Shown piece after piece: positions 1 through 12,746 of a stretch of 64,000 nucleotides of DNA. The stretch comes from Chiloscyllium plagiosum (Eukaryota), in the NCBI RefSeq assembly GCF_004010195.1, contig NC_057758.1, positions 3,189,881 to 3,253,880 of the forward strand, read 5' to 3'. Below the pieces are notes generated by a model. The model had not been told where the DNA came from and did not search any database. It was given only the letters and a program-made list of their open reading frames with translations. The first letter of the stretch is position 1. Each line of letters begins with the position of its first letter. A program made the translations under genes and the position numbers.

Positions 1-56
1 CTGGCTTATCCTGTCCACAGTCCTTTTTCTCATTCATACAAGGAGCGAAAATCTCA

Positions 57-59
<3 letters not shown>

Positions 60-93
<34 letters not shown>
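60..93. repeat. (GT)n microsatellite
   Basis: Perfect GT run read directly. Confidence 0.95.
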
Positions 94-96
<3 letters not shown>

Positions 97-925
97 GAAG
101 TTAATATGAACAGCTCATGTCTGATGTATTTAATGGTAATAGGGTTCAGAGTGAGAAAATAAAATGAAACCATGTTTTCATTACGATGTTCCTTTTCCAT
201 TTTTTCTTAAAGGGGAGCTGTTAAGAAGTTGAACACGTGTATTTCACCTTTAAGAGAGAGTGAATACTGAATGCCTGCAAGCACCTGGCAGGTGATGGAT
301 ACTTGAAACATTTGATTGAAGCCTAGTTATCTCAGTTGTCTTCACAGCAGTTTGAATTTAACCAATCATCTTAAATTAAACCATAGATACTAAAATCCAG
401 CCGAATTTGAATTTTACTGTTTTCACAACATTGAACCAATGAGACAATCCGATGTTTGGGCTTTCAAAAAGAAAAAAATTAGCCATTTCGACAGTGGGCG
501 AGAAAAAGTACCAACTGTCATTGAAAGACAGGTATTCAAAACTCTCTCTGTCAAAGGTACCTTTTTCATATGAAACATCTTTGCAGCAGAAGAGCGAAGA
601 TGACCCAGGAATACTAAAAAGACAGGAAGGTTGACACCGGCGATGACAGCCGCTGTCGGATTTTGAATCAATAAATTTAATCAGGGCTTTATTGGATGTT
701 GTTATGGACTGGGAGGTCATAACAAATCTTTAAGAGGTAGTAGGAAGACAGTTGTACAGAATTGTTGTTTAATGTTAACTTTTTGTATTAAAGAAAATGG
801 TAGTTTTGTTAATTATGCAAGTTGTGTCTTTCTCTGTGACACATACTTTAATAGATTACGAGGTGAGTTAAAATTTTCTGTGTATTTTTTTTAATTGGCA
901 GAAAGGTTTACAGGGGTATCATAAA
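94..925 (+). mobile_element. 3' end of a Gypsy-type LTR retrotransposon (3' UTR, PPT, LTR ~219-925)
   Basis: Purine tract AAAGGGGAGC then TG at 219; decayed end GGTATCATAAAA at ~925; 94-420 is homologous to 25450-25795, which follows an RNase H C-terminus. Confidence 0.55.
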
Positions 926-2109
926 AATGCACGTGATTTCAATGGTTTCAAAGCACATAAACATTGTTCGTAATTTTAAGAGAGTGAAGAGAATACTGCA
1001 TTGGGGCGAATTTACTTAAAGTTTTCGAAAATGTCTAGAATGAGTCATAAAGTAACATTAAAAATGTGGGTCATCTCTGAAGCAGAACAAACAGGTACAT
1101 TTTGCATGGATCAAACTGGTATGTTTTGCATGGAATATTAACTTTCTGTTCTAAAATATTACAAGATTATGGTCGATGAACTGCAAATGTCTACAGATCT
1201 CTGAAATATGATATGATGGCAATTGCTAAGTTGCAAAGTTGGATGAGACCATTTGATTAAATTTGGTGGCTGCTGGAAGGAACCAAAATGAAAAAATAGA
1301 AAACTGGGTTGAAATGACAAGTGACATTAAAATATACTTTTGTGAATAGTAAGTTTAGTTGAGAGCACCAAACTGCTTTCTTTTGGTGTTGTTTATGTCC
1401 TTGTCTTTTCTTTTATGCTAATTGACTTTGTGAACATGCCACTTCTAAGGCATCGGTATCATATGTGAAGAGATAAGTAAAACGTTATAGTTCATTTGTG
1501 GAAATCATATGGGAGACAAAACTGTGTGACATGGTCTTGAAACACTAATCTAATTGTGATAGACGAAACGTTACTTCGCAGGTATCAAACATGAGACAGA
1601 ACTAAAAAGTGCACTGAAGAATGGGGCTCGTAATGTACATCCACTTGGCAAAAAGATCAGTAGCTTGGCACAAACCTTCGGTGTAAAAGAGAAGACACTC
1701 GCATAGAATTCACAGAGTTATGGAATTAAAACAACTAAAATAGAATTAGGGAAAGTCACGTAACAACTATTAAGATTAAAATTAAAACTGCATTGTTCGA
1801 TCCCATGAGTATTTTTGCTCACCGAATGTACTTGCGTATACATGGGTAGTTACCATTCAATGATATAATCATTCATCAAATTGGCAAAAAGGGAAAACAT
1901 ATTGAATAAATATCCTCAAGCCGGACACAGATGAAGAGATGGAGAAATGTTGAGTCCATATATGACATGGTTTTACTGTTATTATGTGACTTGATCAGTG
2001 GATAGATAGACAACTAGGAAATATATTTGGAAAAGCATTACTTAAGGAACCCAAATCAGGAATAAAATGAATTTTAGAACCATTTAAGTAAACAGATTAA
2101 CAGCAAAAG

Positions 2110-5100
2110 AAATATAGGCGATACTCTGTTCACCACACAGGTGGCATGATTTGTTGGTTCCTTCACTGTCTTGGCTGCATATTAGGGTTGCGTTATATAT
2201 TTTTTTCGATGGGTTGGTCTGCAAAGGCCACAACGACCGTTAGTTTGATGATACACGTTATTGTTGCATTATTCGTATTAGTGACGTTTCTCCGTTGCAA
2301 GTTTCATCGTCTAGTGTGGATTACACACTTCTGCACAATGTTCTCGTGCAGCTGTCACTGATTTGCATCTGCAATTGTAAAATGCATTGTCAAATATCAT
2401 CATGTGTGGATTGTATAGGTAGTCATGCATTGGGGGAGCCGAAAGGTTAAACGTTAAATATGATATTGGGCAGCTGCATTTAAAATTGATTGTCTCAGAT
2501 GGGATGAAGGGCTAAAACTGTTGATGACACATGACAAGCTGCTTGACCTTGAACAACTTAACCTTGAAGGTCATAGATGATACCAGCAGATTTATTTCGT
2601 CCTGTAGCTAGTTCTGTACTGTCTGTTTTGAAACTGTGGAAGAAAGAGAGAGCTTCACTCAGAGAGAGCGTCTGAACTTGGACCAGGATCGCAAATGGTG
2701 CAGAGAACAAACCTTAGCCTCCAGACGGGTCCCTAACGGTCTGAATGGCTTGAGATTTTCTGCGTTTTTGGTGACTTTCAATTCATTCTTCCTATTTATA
2801 ATTATTAGTATTTAATTGACACCGTTATTTAACCAAATCGCTGTTGTTGAGAATTCTGTTATTGACATTTAACCGAAAAGAACTTACGATTCAAGACTTT
2901 CGTCTATCCGTGAATGATAAACAGTGCCTTTGATGCAGAGAAAATGAGAAGTGCAACCTTTCAAAGAACATGAGGGGGACGATAATTAAACCTGCTTCAA
3001 ACAGAATCAGGTGGTGTGGCATTCAATGAGGATCATAAAACTTCGATAACCAGTCAATATATTGTTAAATTCTATACTTATATGATTAAATCTCAGTCAT
3101 CTGTGTTAAAATCTGTATGTTGATATTGATGGTTTGCTAAGTCAGTAAACGTGCCAATCAGTTAGTCTTAGTATTCTGCACGGGGAAGATGATTATTCAG
3201 TATGGCAGAGTGCTGTCACTAAATCTGTGCATCTGCTTTAATTCGAGTAAAATGACGTGCCATGCTGAATATAATTCAAAAATGACAGAACTCCAGCAAG
3301 CACACAATCACATCAATTTGAAACAATCAACCACGCACAACAAATCTGAACGACAATTCTTGTCAGTAACAAAAGGTGACTGCTCTTCGGTGAGGTAGTA
3401 TGTTTTTGACAACTTTCCAACAAAATTAGATGTTGAGAAACCCCCAGTGATACCCTCGGGGACTTTCCTCATCGTGTTCTTGATTTTAAATAAATAAACG
3501 CAATAACATCGCATAAAAATGTAAGAAAGATTGTGCTCGAAACATTTGAGGCAGAGAGACATTTCTTCAGAAAAAAAAACAAAGATGAAGACTAAGTTTG
3601 GCAAAAGTAATATTATCATAGTGTTCATACAAGTGCCATACGATGTTAGAGAAAGTTAAACGAAGTCACCCGTTGTAAGCACTTTCCTGAACTCCAAATG
3701 TTGTAAAAGTGCTTAAATACGTTATTGCGAACAATTTGCACTGTGCTGTACATTTTCTCTGTGAAAGTGCTCTTTTACTTTACACTGCGCATAATATCTT
3801 GGAGTTTGCCACATATAGTCCAATGTGAGGACCATTTCTTGTTCGAGATGAATGAACCCGACATTGTTGGTGCTACACCCCAAAACGTTCTTATAACGGC
3901 ATAAGCTCATGCTGCATGGCACAGACCCTTTGGTCCAAATGGTTCACGACGACCATATTCCCAAACTAAACCGCTCGACTTGCCTGTGTTTGATCCATAT
4001 CCATATCCTTTCAAATCTTTCCTTTTCATTCACTAATCCAAATGTTTTTAAATGTTGTAACCGTCTCGGCATCCGTCACTCATTCCACACATGAACCACC
4101 CTCTGTATAAAAACGGTTGTTTCGTAACGATATCCAAAGAAGTAAATGATCTCTTCATTTGTCTCTCTGGTTTGCTTCACAGGCTATTTCCAGAATTAAC
4201 AGAGGTGACGATGCAACTCGATTTCTTAAAAAATGGTCGATATGCATATGAATTTTTTGAAGTTTAGCGTCTCTGTTCAATTTGATTGTAACATTCCAAA
4301 CAGTCATTGCCGTGTTTGTACAGTGATAGAACAATGCAAATTTCTACGCCCATCATCCCATACGGCTGTGAAAGGCTTGGATCACTGATGCAGCCCACTG
4401 TGACCTCTGGAAAAAGGGTCGAGCCCATGCGAATTTCAGGGTATGATGTAGCTTCCTTATTTTAGTACTACTCCAAACTGCCCCTCTTCGTTTCGGCAAT
4501 TCGGCGTTATATTTTAAACAAGAAATGAGAGTGAAGTGGCTCTATCATGGCCACCTCTTGCCAGTTAGAGTACTGACAAGAGGTGACACATGCATGGCCC
4601 ATGAAATATTCAGAGCAGCATTCTATGGTCAAGAAGACAATCACCACAATCAGTCTATATGGACAATGCCCAGCTCAACTGAAAATCGTAGCTCCAAAAT
4701 TGAATTTTGTCGGATCCGCAGAAAAGTTTCAGTCTCACAGTATTGTTTCCTTTCTCAACTTGTTCTAGTTCTTTTAGAACTTGATTTCCTGTTTGACCTG
4801 CACATCAGAAATGATACGTTTCTGTGCACCATTTAGGCTCTTCTTCTCTCTGAATAGTCCAAGCACCAGGCACCAGATCACACATCATCATGTTGACATA
4901 ACATCACATCATAAGATCATAGGAAATAGGCTGAGAAAATGAGCATTTAGCCCAACGACTCTGCTCAATCAATAACTGAAATCGTGACTTATGTATTAAT
5001 CCTCAGTTTGACTTTCTGCCTTTCTACCAGCAACGTTGAATCCAAGACTGTTTTATATTGAAGAAGACATCTGTTCATCTCGGCATTATGCATATAATGG

Positions 5101-5140
5101 CCAAGTATTCACAGTAGCAATGAATTCCAGATTCCCACCT
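2110..5140 (-). repeat. Old segmental duplication, copy A (inverted relative to copy B at ~25800-34310)
   Basis: Reverse complement aligns colinearly, e.g. GTTTCAAAACAGACAGTACAGAA, TGTCGTTCAGATTT, CATTTCTGATGT, AAACTTCAAAAAA; ORF-track peptides 4525..4836 and 26070..26375 share CFLSxLVLVLLxLDFLxDLxIRND. Confidence 0.85.
3687..3753 (-). pseudogene. Orphan degenerate exon 1 of a GPR139-like receptor (copy A)
   Basis: AAAATG TAC AGC ACA GTG CAA ATT GTT CGC ... TTT GGA GTT CAG|gaaagt; resembles the family exon-1 end (G-V-P-G|gtaagt) with indels and GT>GA donor loss. Confidence 0.5.
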
Positions 5141-5179
5141 TCTGTGGAATGAATGTCCTCCAAATCCTTTACTTCAATG

Positions 5180-5900
5180 ATTCTAGTTGAAGACAGTTCT
5201 CTTCCGAGATGACAGTGCCTCACGACTGCTCTTTTCTGTATCGCTTGATGTGACAGAAGTGTGCTCTGCTTCACCAGAGCGAGCTGCATATAACACAATG
5301 GGCACCATCTTTATCATGGATGGCGCTTCCCACCCAATCCTCCCCGCGTGCCAGAACAGTGTGCTTGATTCCCTTAGAGATACTGTTATGGACAATGCAT
5401 ATGTGAGAGGTGCGTTGATTCAGAGTCAGTTAGGTCAAAATACTTTTTTCTTGATGGTTCACTGTACACTTTCCACAATTTAGCTGCTTTGCATTTTTGC
5501 TTCAGTCTTCTCAGTCTGTGATTGTCCTGTGGAGACACTTTGGTGATAGACATTAATTACCACACGCTGTGTACCCTTTCCACCCTCAGTTCTTATCCAT
5601 TTTTTTGATCATCGAATAGATCTAGCGTTTCACTGAGGGATACTCCGTAGGACAATCGATGTCCATTAGTAGGATTTTCCTTGACATTCTTTGTTTGTAG
5701 CGCTACTATTGAGGAATTTCCGTGCAATTCGTTTTCAAACTTGATACAACAATGCCAGCACCATTGGCAGATCTGTTCTGCAGGTGGGACAGAATAGAGT
5801 TTGTGATTCCCTTCACATTGTTCATCAGCTCCCATTCTGTGAGTACGACGATGTCAGCCTATCGTCAAAATAGGAATAAAGTCTACAATATGGAAAGGAA
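5180..5900 (-). mobile_element. Highly decayed CR1/L2-type LINE fragments
   Basis: Weak ORF2-like remnants, no intact frame. Confidence 0.3.
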
Positions 5901-6329
5901 TCAAGTGTAATAAAAATTGAAAGAAGGCCGACTATCTGATTGTGTCTTATATTCTCGAAAACAGACGTCCCCCATTTACAACCCCACACTTCAGGCATGA
6001 TCATGGATCCTGTCCTATGTGGGGAAGTGCTTAAGCAGGAGTTCCTCTTCTATTAGGGTGAAGAATGGAGACCATGATACTGGACCATGCCCGCCTGCTG
6101 AGAAGTTGTCACCTAGATGAGAGAAGTCTTCGCCATCTGAAGAAATGCAGAGGATTGTGGGGAGATGACTGTCCTTCTTCCCTCTTCCAACGTAAAGGGA
6201 GACTAAGTGTTAATTTCATCCGTCGTTTTGTGAAGATCGAACAAGAGGAATCGAGTTTATCTCAACAGCAAGATAGGCATTGCCCTGCATTCCACCTGAA
6301 TTTCAAACAATTTTTGCCAGAACCTAGAG

Positions 6330-8356
6330 TTGAGGATAAAATAAAGGGTTTTTACAAATACATTAAGGACAAAAAGGTAACAAGCGAGAGAATATGGCCA
6401 CTCTAAGGTCAGCAAAGCAGCCTTTGTGTGGAGCCGCAGGAGTTGGGGGAGATACTAAACGAATATTTTGTATCAGCATTTACTCTGATAAAGGACATGG
6501 AAGATTTACAATGTAGGGAAATAGATGGTGACCTTCTTGCAAATGTCAATATTACAGAGGATGAAGTGCTAGTTGTATTGAAACGCTTAAAGGTGGATAA
6601 ATCCCCAGGACAAGAGCAGGGAAGCTAGGGAAGTGAATGCTGGGCCTCTTGCTGAGATATTTGTATCATGGACAGCCACAGGTGAGGTGCCAGAAGATTG
6701 GAGGTTTGCTAACGTGGTGCCACTGTTTAAGAAGGATGGTATGGACAAGCCAGGGAACTATAGATTATTTACAGTGCGGAAGTAGGGCCTTCGGCCCAAC
6801 AAGTCCACACTCTCTGAAGAGCAACCCACTTCCCTACATTTAGCCCTTCACCTAACACTACGGGCAATTTAGCATGGCTAATTCACCTCACCTGCACATT
6901 TTTGGAATGTGGGAGGAAACCCAAGCAGAAACCCACGGAGAACGTGCAAACTGCACACAGTTGCCTGAGGCGGGAATTGAACCTGAATCTCTGGCACTGT
7001 AAGGTAGCAGTGCTAACTGCTGTGCCACCGTGCGTCCACGTTGTTGGAGGATGCAATCTTAAGGGACAGGATGTGCATGTAATTGGAAAGCCAAGGACTG
7101 ATTAGGGATAGTCAACGCGAATTTGCGCGTGGGAAATCATGTCTCACAAACTTGATTGAGTTTTTTGAAGAAGTAATAAAGAGGATTAATGAGGGTAAAG
7201 CGGTAGATGTGATCTATATGGACTTCACTAATGCGTTTGACAAGTTTCCCCTTGGTAGACTGGTCATCAAGTTTAGATCTCACGGACTATAGGGAGAACT
7301 AGGTATTTGGAGACAGAACTGGATAAAAGGTAAAAGACAGAGGGTGGTGGTGGTGGAGGATTGTTTTTCAGCCTGGAGGCATTTGACGAGTGTAGTGCCA
7401 CAAGGATCGGTGCTGAGTCCTTAAATTTTCATCATTTATATAAAGGATTTGGATGCGAGCACAAGAGGTATAGTTAGCATGTTTGCAGATTACACCAAAA
7501 TTGGAGGTGTAGTGGATAGCGAAGAAGGTTACCTCACATTGCAACAGGATCTTGATTAGATGGGCCCATGGGCTGAGAAGTGACAGATAGAGTTTAATTC
7601 GGGTAATTGTAAGTGCCTTCGTTTTGGGAAAGCAAATCTTAATCGGACATACACAGTTAATGGTAAGGTCTTAGAGAGTGTTGCTGAACAAAGCGACCTA
7701 GAACTGCAGGTTCATAGTTCCTTGAAGGTGGAGTCGCAGGTAGATAGGATAGTGAAGAAGGCGTTTGGTATGCTTTCTTTCCTTTATTGATCAGAATATT
7801 GAGTACAGGAGTTGGAAGGTTATATTGCGGCAGTACAGACACTCGTTAGGCCACTGTTGGAATATTGCGTGTAATTCTGGTCTCTATCCGACCGGAAAGA
7901 TGTTGTGAGACTTGAAAGGGTTCAAAAAAGATTTACAAAGATGTTGCCAGGTATGGAGTTTTTGAGCTATAGGGAAAGGCTGAACAGGCTGGTGTGTTTT
8001 CCGTGGAGCGTCGGAGGCTGAGGGGTGACCTTATAGAGGTTTACAAAATTACGAGGGGCATGGATATGATAAATAGACAAAGTCTTTTCCCTGGGTGGCG
8101 GAGTCAAGAACTAGAGGGCATATGCATACAGTGAGAGGGGAAAGATATAAAAGTGATCTAAGCTCAACGTTTTCACACAGTGGGAATGGAATGAACTGCC
8201 AGAGGAAGTGGTGGAGGCTGCTACAATTGCAACATTTAAGAGGCATTTGGATGGGTGCTGCCAGGTGGGACATCATTGAGTTGGGATATCTGGTCGGCAT
8301 GGACGGGTTGGACCAAAGGATCTGTTTCCATGCTTGCACATCTCTATGACTCTATG
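6330..8356 (+). mobile_element. 5'-truncated CR1 LINE (ORF2 RT to 3' tail), SINE inserted
   Basis: KGFYKYIK, VDKSPG, GKSCLTNLIEFFEEV, VDVIYMDF..AFDK, PQGSVL; ends CTCTATGACTCTATG; stops and frameshifts. Confidence 0.92.
6761..7037 (-). mobile_element. HE1/V-type tRNA-derived SINE
   Basis: Reverse complement: GCACGGTGGCACAGC..TTAGCACTGCT head, GTTCAATTCCC B box, GGCCGAAGGCC tail; same family as 56946-57232. Confidence 0.9.
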
Positions 8357-9624
8357 CCTCTAACCCAGAATCGACATAAATATTTGGGCAGAGCTCAGAA
8401 ACATCACGGAAAAGCCAATATTAATAGGAGTTGGACATCGAAGTGAAAACTGCAGTAGAACTTTGAGCATACTAAACAGAGGAAATACGATTCCCAATGA
8501 GAGAAATTACTGATACAACTCAACAAGTTTAGTGGCTTTTAAGCAGTTAATATTTCACTTCTGTTGAATCTTTGTCAGAACAGCTTTTGTTCTGACATTG
8601 CTTTGTTTCCACATTGCTTTGTTTCCTTTTACATACGGAATTATTATATGCAGTGCAGTATTAATGAATTAATTGTTCTAAAAAGTAGGAAGAGATGAGG
8701 GCACAAGTGCAGGAGATGGGGAATCACCAATGCATGTGTGTTAATCGGATGAGAGCTGCGAATGCTGCGCAAAATAACAGGCATACGTGGAGGTGGAATG
8801 GATGTAGAAAATGGATAGATGAAGCAATTATTTCGATAGTCAGAGTCATGCACATCAAAGAAATGGCAACTCGAAAAGATAATGAAGTGCCCGATTGATA
8901 CCGTCGTGTGAACGAGGGATCTGGTAACTTAGTAAGATGTAGAAAGGAAACGTTGACCCCAGCGTAATCCAGTACTTCTAAAGCAGCTGTCATCACATAT
9001 TATATAAAGAGGAATAATGAAATTATAAGTGCAAATGTCAAGCTAACGTTAATGAATCTGGATGAATTACTTTTGACAAATATCTCTCGATAGCACAGAA
9101 TCTCCCACATCATGTGAGCTGTGGCAGTGCGGGGAGTCTTTAATGATAAATAGCGTAAACATCAAGGACTGGAGGAAAAATAAGGACTGGTATAGGTGCA
9201 AGAACAAAAAAAATCACTTAGTCTATTAACAGATTACCACTTGAAAATATGCCGTGAAACAGATAACATTGTAAGGGGAAACTTACATGGCATTACTTGG
9301 TCATTATGACCTTGGGAAATGATCAGTAGCAGCTTCACAAGTTTCCAAACATCATTCACTCATTCTGGTGCAGGTGACAAATGTCTGGAGTCGAGGATAA
9401 TGATAAACGTGGAGATTTCAAACACTGATGTCAATGTTGCATATAATCATTGCAGCACAAAATATAAAAATATCCTGCATTTTTGGGAGGGGCGGGAATG
9501 ACTTGGAGTCTGTCTACATTAACCTCTCCGAGGTTGCACTGCTAAGAAGTTCTGAATAAAGATTAATTCTTCCTGTTGTATGGGGGACTCAAGACCTCTC
9601 TTCAGAATCTCCTGCCAATAGGCG

Positions 9625-10175
9625 AAAATAACAGAAGTATATGGAAGTGGGAATACTGCACAAAGTAATAGCTACATATTGAAGTGATAATACGGCTCTA
9701 AATAATAGAGGACATGTGAAAGTGTGCATACTACCTTAAATGATGGGCAACATGAGATATTGGGAATTTTATCTGAAATCACAGGGAACATATGGAAATG
9801 TAAGTACCAGTCAAAATTATCAGAAACACGTAGAAGTCGGAATATTATCTATAAACTCGGGATATCTGGAAGTGCGTATTCCGCCTGAAACAGAAGAAAA
9901 CATAAAGAAGTGGAAATGTTGCCTTATGTAGCAGGACAAAGTCGACGTCCAAAAACCATCTCAAATAAGCTGAACAAGAGGAAGTGAGAATATGGTGAAA
10001 AAAAGATGTTGATGTGGAGAAATGTTTGAAAATAATAGGAATACGTGGAAGTCAGAACACTGCCCGAAATAAGACTGAAAGTGTGAACGCTTGAATGTAT
10101 CCAAAACAACAGCGACACGTGGAATTGGGATTTCTGCCCAAAATAACAGCGAAACCATGCAAGTGACAATAGATT
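9625..10175. repeat. Degenerate ~38-bp minisatellite, about 14 units
   Basis: GGAAGTGG-like anchors at 9643, 9680, 9718, 9756, 9794, 9832, 9868, 9906. Confidence 0.75.
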
Positions 10176-10199
10176 TTCATTCAGGATGTCGAGAACATT

Positions 10200-10660
10200 G
10201 CGTGCTGAACATTTCCTGATGTGTCGATGGTCAAAGACATTTTTTTTTTGCAAATATCTTGATGAAGGCGCGGGATTTGGAATGATCCAACTACCTGGAG
10301 CATTCTGATGTCACAAAACCAGTCCCATCGCGCACAACGCCTCAGCACAAAGTAAAACTAGTTTTGTTTTCATACAGAGTGTCTGCACACAGCTTCATGT
10401 AGCCACACACATAGATAGCCATCAAAACAACGGCAAAGTTGGGTATGCTCATCTTCCTCACCTCATCGAAAGTTTTTTGTATGGACTTCCTGCCGAGCTG
10501 GTCTATCTTTAGCTTCCAGATGAAACAGAAGATACCTCCAGTTTCAGAAACAGCACAACATTCAGGAATGGGCCAGACCTGTGCGACGTAAAACAACAGA
10601 GTGAGGGACTCACACCAGATAACTAGCTTTTTACCTGTAGTTGAATTGAACTTAATTAGC
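10200..10660 (-). mobile_element. Tx1/L1-clade LINE ORF2 remnant (post-RT region)
   Basis: GKKLVIWCESLTLLFYVAQVWPIP...IFCFIWKLKID in ORF 10342..10677. Confidence 0.7.
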
Positions 10661-11554
10661 CTTAATTGATCATGCACTCGAATGAGTGCAGGGCAAGTTT
10701 ACAATATGCCATTATGGCAACATCTTAGTTACAGGATACTTTGTGTGCAGAATACGTTAGTATTTGTTCCAGACTGGATGGAATGATTTTAACAAATCAC
10801 CATAAAAGTTAAAAAATTAGAAGTGGGATTGCTGCCAATATTTCGTGCAGGCCCCATCCCTTCCAAATCATTTTTCCTGCAGCTGCCCTGTTAGTCAGTG
10901 AATGAGTTTTCTTATTCTTTGTCACTGGCAGCGTGCAGCCTTCAGACTGCCTGAGCCAAGTCATAATATAACGGCTTCAAACTTGGAGGCATTTCTTTCA
11001 GTCCCCAAAGGCGTCGCATCCGTCCTGAACTTGCCAGGGCCCATAAATCCACATGCTGGCCTCTACTCTGGGACTCAGCTCTGGGACTCGCAACCGCCGT
11101 GCCGACCTTGCCTTGGACTCACCTGGACTCATATCCCTACGTCGGCCTGACGAAGTACTCAACCTCCGGGACTGCCATGGGGACTTGCGAGCTTTACACC
11201 AGTCTGGCCTCTGATGGGCGTGCACTCACCTCACAGCACTGGCTTGGCATGTTTACTCACCTGTGGAACTGGCCACGTGACGATCTCCTATTTCTTTCGT
11301 TCATCTTCGAGTAAGAAAAAAAGAGATCAAATGAAAATGAGACGGCGCAGCAGTCCAATCCTGCCAATATTGCATATTTATGGAGACAAGTTTCTGCTTC
11401 ACTTTGGCGATGGACTGCTGCCAATATTTCGTGCAGGCCCCATCCCATCCAAATCATTTTCCCTTCACCTACACGTAAACTGTCCTGTTAGTCAGTGAAT
11501 GAGTAATCTATCGTTTCAGTTCCCATTTGACAATGTTGGTGTAGAGCAGTCGGA

Positions 11555-11887
11555 GAAAGTGAGGACTGCAGATGCTGGATATCAGAGCTGAAAATGAAAT
11601 GCCTCCAAGTTTGATGCCTGGTATGTTATGACTTACCTCAGGCAGTCTGAAGGCTGCAAGCTGCCAGAGACAAAGAATAAAGTACAAATACGTTTCAAAA
11701 GAAAACGTTTGATTTTTTTTATTTTTATGGTGATTTTTTAAATCATTCCATCCAGTCTAGATTTTAACCTACTGCGAATCCTCTTAGAAGGATGCCTTCC
11801 TTGAGGAAGCTCGCTTCCTCCCTCTACATCTCCTGCTCCTTGGATGCTGCCTGACCTGCTGCACTTTTTCAGCAACATATTATCAGC
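11555..11887 (-). mobile_element. Penelope-derived non-autonomous element A with captured internal sequence
   Basis: Termini match element B; flanked by GTAGAGCAGTCGGA at 11541-11554 and 11888-11901. Confidence 0.75.
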
Positions 11888-12536
11888 GTAGAGCAGTCGG
11901 ATCCAATTACAGAATCCCTCCCCAAAGCCATTTTGGAGAGCACATCCCTCACATGCATGTGCAATATTCTGTTAAAAACCTTCTCATGGTCCAGGCTGAT
12001 AAGGCAATCTTTCACGCTCTCTCTCGTGCACGCAGGCAATCATATCACTGAGTCATAAAGAAATTGTCCTGTTTGAAACAGCACTGTTGGTTCGGGACAA
12101 ACCACCAATCCCTGAGCACAGCTAATGCGGTTGAAAATAACCTTAAGCAGGACTGTTCAGTCTCACAATAATGTTGACAGCCAAATCCTAATTCCCCCCC
12201 CCCCCCCCCTCCCTCTTCCCCTTGTAGATGAGGGTGACGATGCCTTTTCTCATGTATTCACTCGTTGTAACTGCCAAAAGCATAGTGTCCAGCAGATCCC
12301 GGCCAATCAAGTCCAAAAGAGCAGACCATAAACATGCAGGTAATCACGGCTTCCAGGAGTTTTATTCTTTATAAAGGACTGGAGGGCCTTGGTCGGCTCA
12401 TCCAGAGTAATGACTGATCTACCTTCTCCCACATACTGTTGTCTCAGATCTCCGTAATTGATGGCAGGAACGACTGGGTAATCTCTCTGTCTATGGGCGT
12501 TGTGTCATGCAGTCTGACGTGGAAAGATTTGTTAAG

Positions 12537-12746
12537 GGAAAAAGTGAGGACTGCAGATGCTGGAGATCAGAGCTGAAAATGTGTTGCTGGAAAAGCGCAG
12601 CAGGTCAGGCAGCATCCAAGGAGCAGGGGAATCGACGTTTCGGGCATGTGCCCTTCTTCAGGGAGGGCTCATGCCCGAAACGTCGATTCTCCTGCTCCTT
12701 GGATGCTGCCTGACCTGCTGCGCTTTTCCAGCCACACAGTTTCAGC
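12537..12746 (-). mobile_element. Penelope-derived fold-back mini-element B (inverted arms plus 35-nt tail)
   Basis: Arms 12572-12654 and 12664-12746 are near-perfect reverse complements; flanks AAAGATTTGTTAAG (12523-12536) and AAGGATTTGTTAAG (12747-12760). Confidence 0.85.
12632..12663 (-). ncRNA. Minimal type I hammerhead ribozyme-like core
   Basis: Minus strand C-CUGAAGA-A-GGGC-ACAU-GCCC-GAAAC-GUC-GA: CUGANGA and GAAA boxes, 4-bp stem II, palindromic ACGU stem III; stem I weak in this copy. Confidence 0.6.

Noticed and set aside
4525..4836. Similar peptides in ORFs 4525..4836 and 26070..26375 as a conserved small gene
   Set aside because: Similarity follows from the DNA duplication; the frames diverge by indels and no domain is recognisable
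8573..8626. 10-bp hairpin TGTCAGAACA/TGTTCTGACA plus a 16-bp tandem duplication
   Set aside because: Short local replication-slip features with no wider structure
9625..10175. CRISPR-like array (also considered for 61510-62052)
   Set aside because: Whole units repeat with decay, no unique spacers, no cas genes, eukaryotic context
12194..12222. Poly-C tract as a functional G-quadruplex
   Set aside because: Slippage expansion inside a dead Tx1 RT segment; no evidence of function
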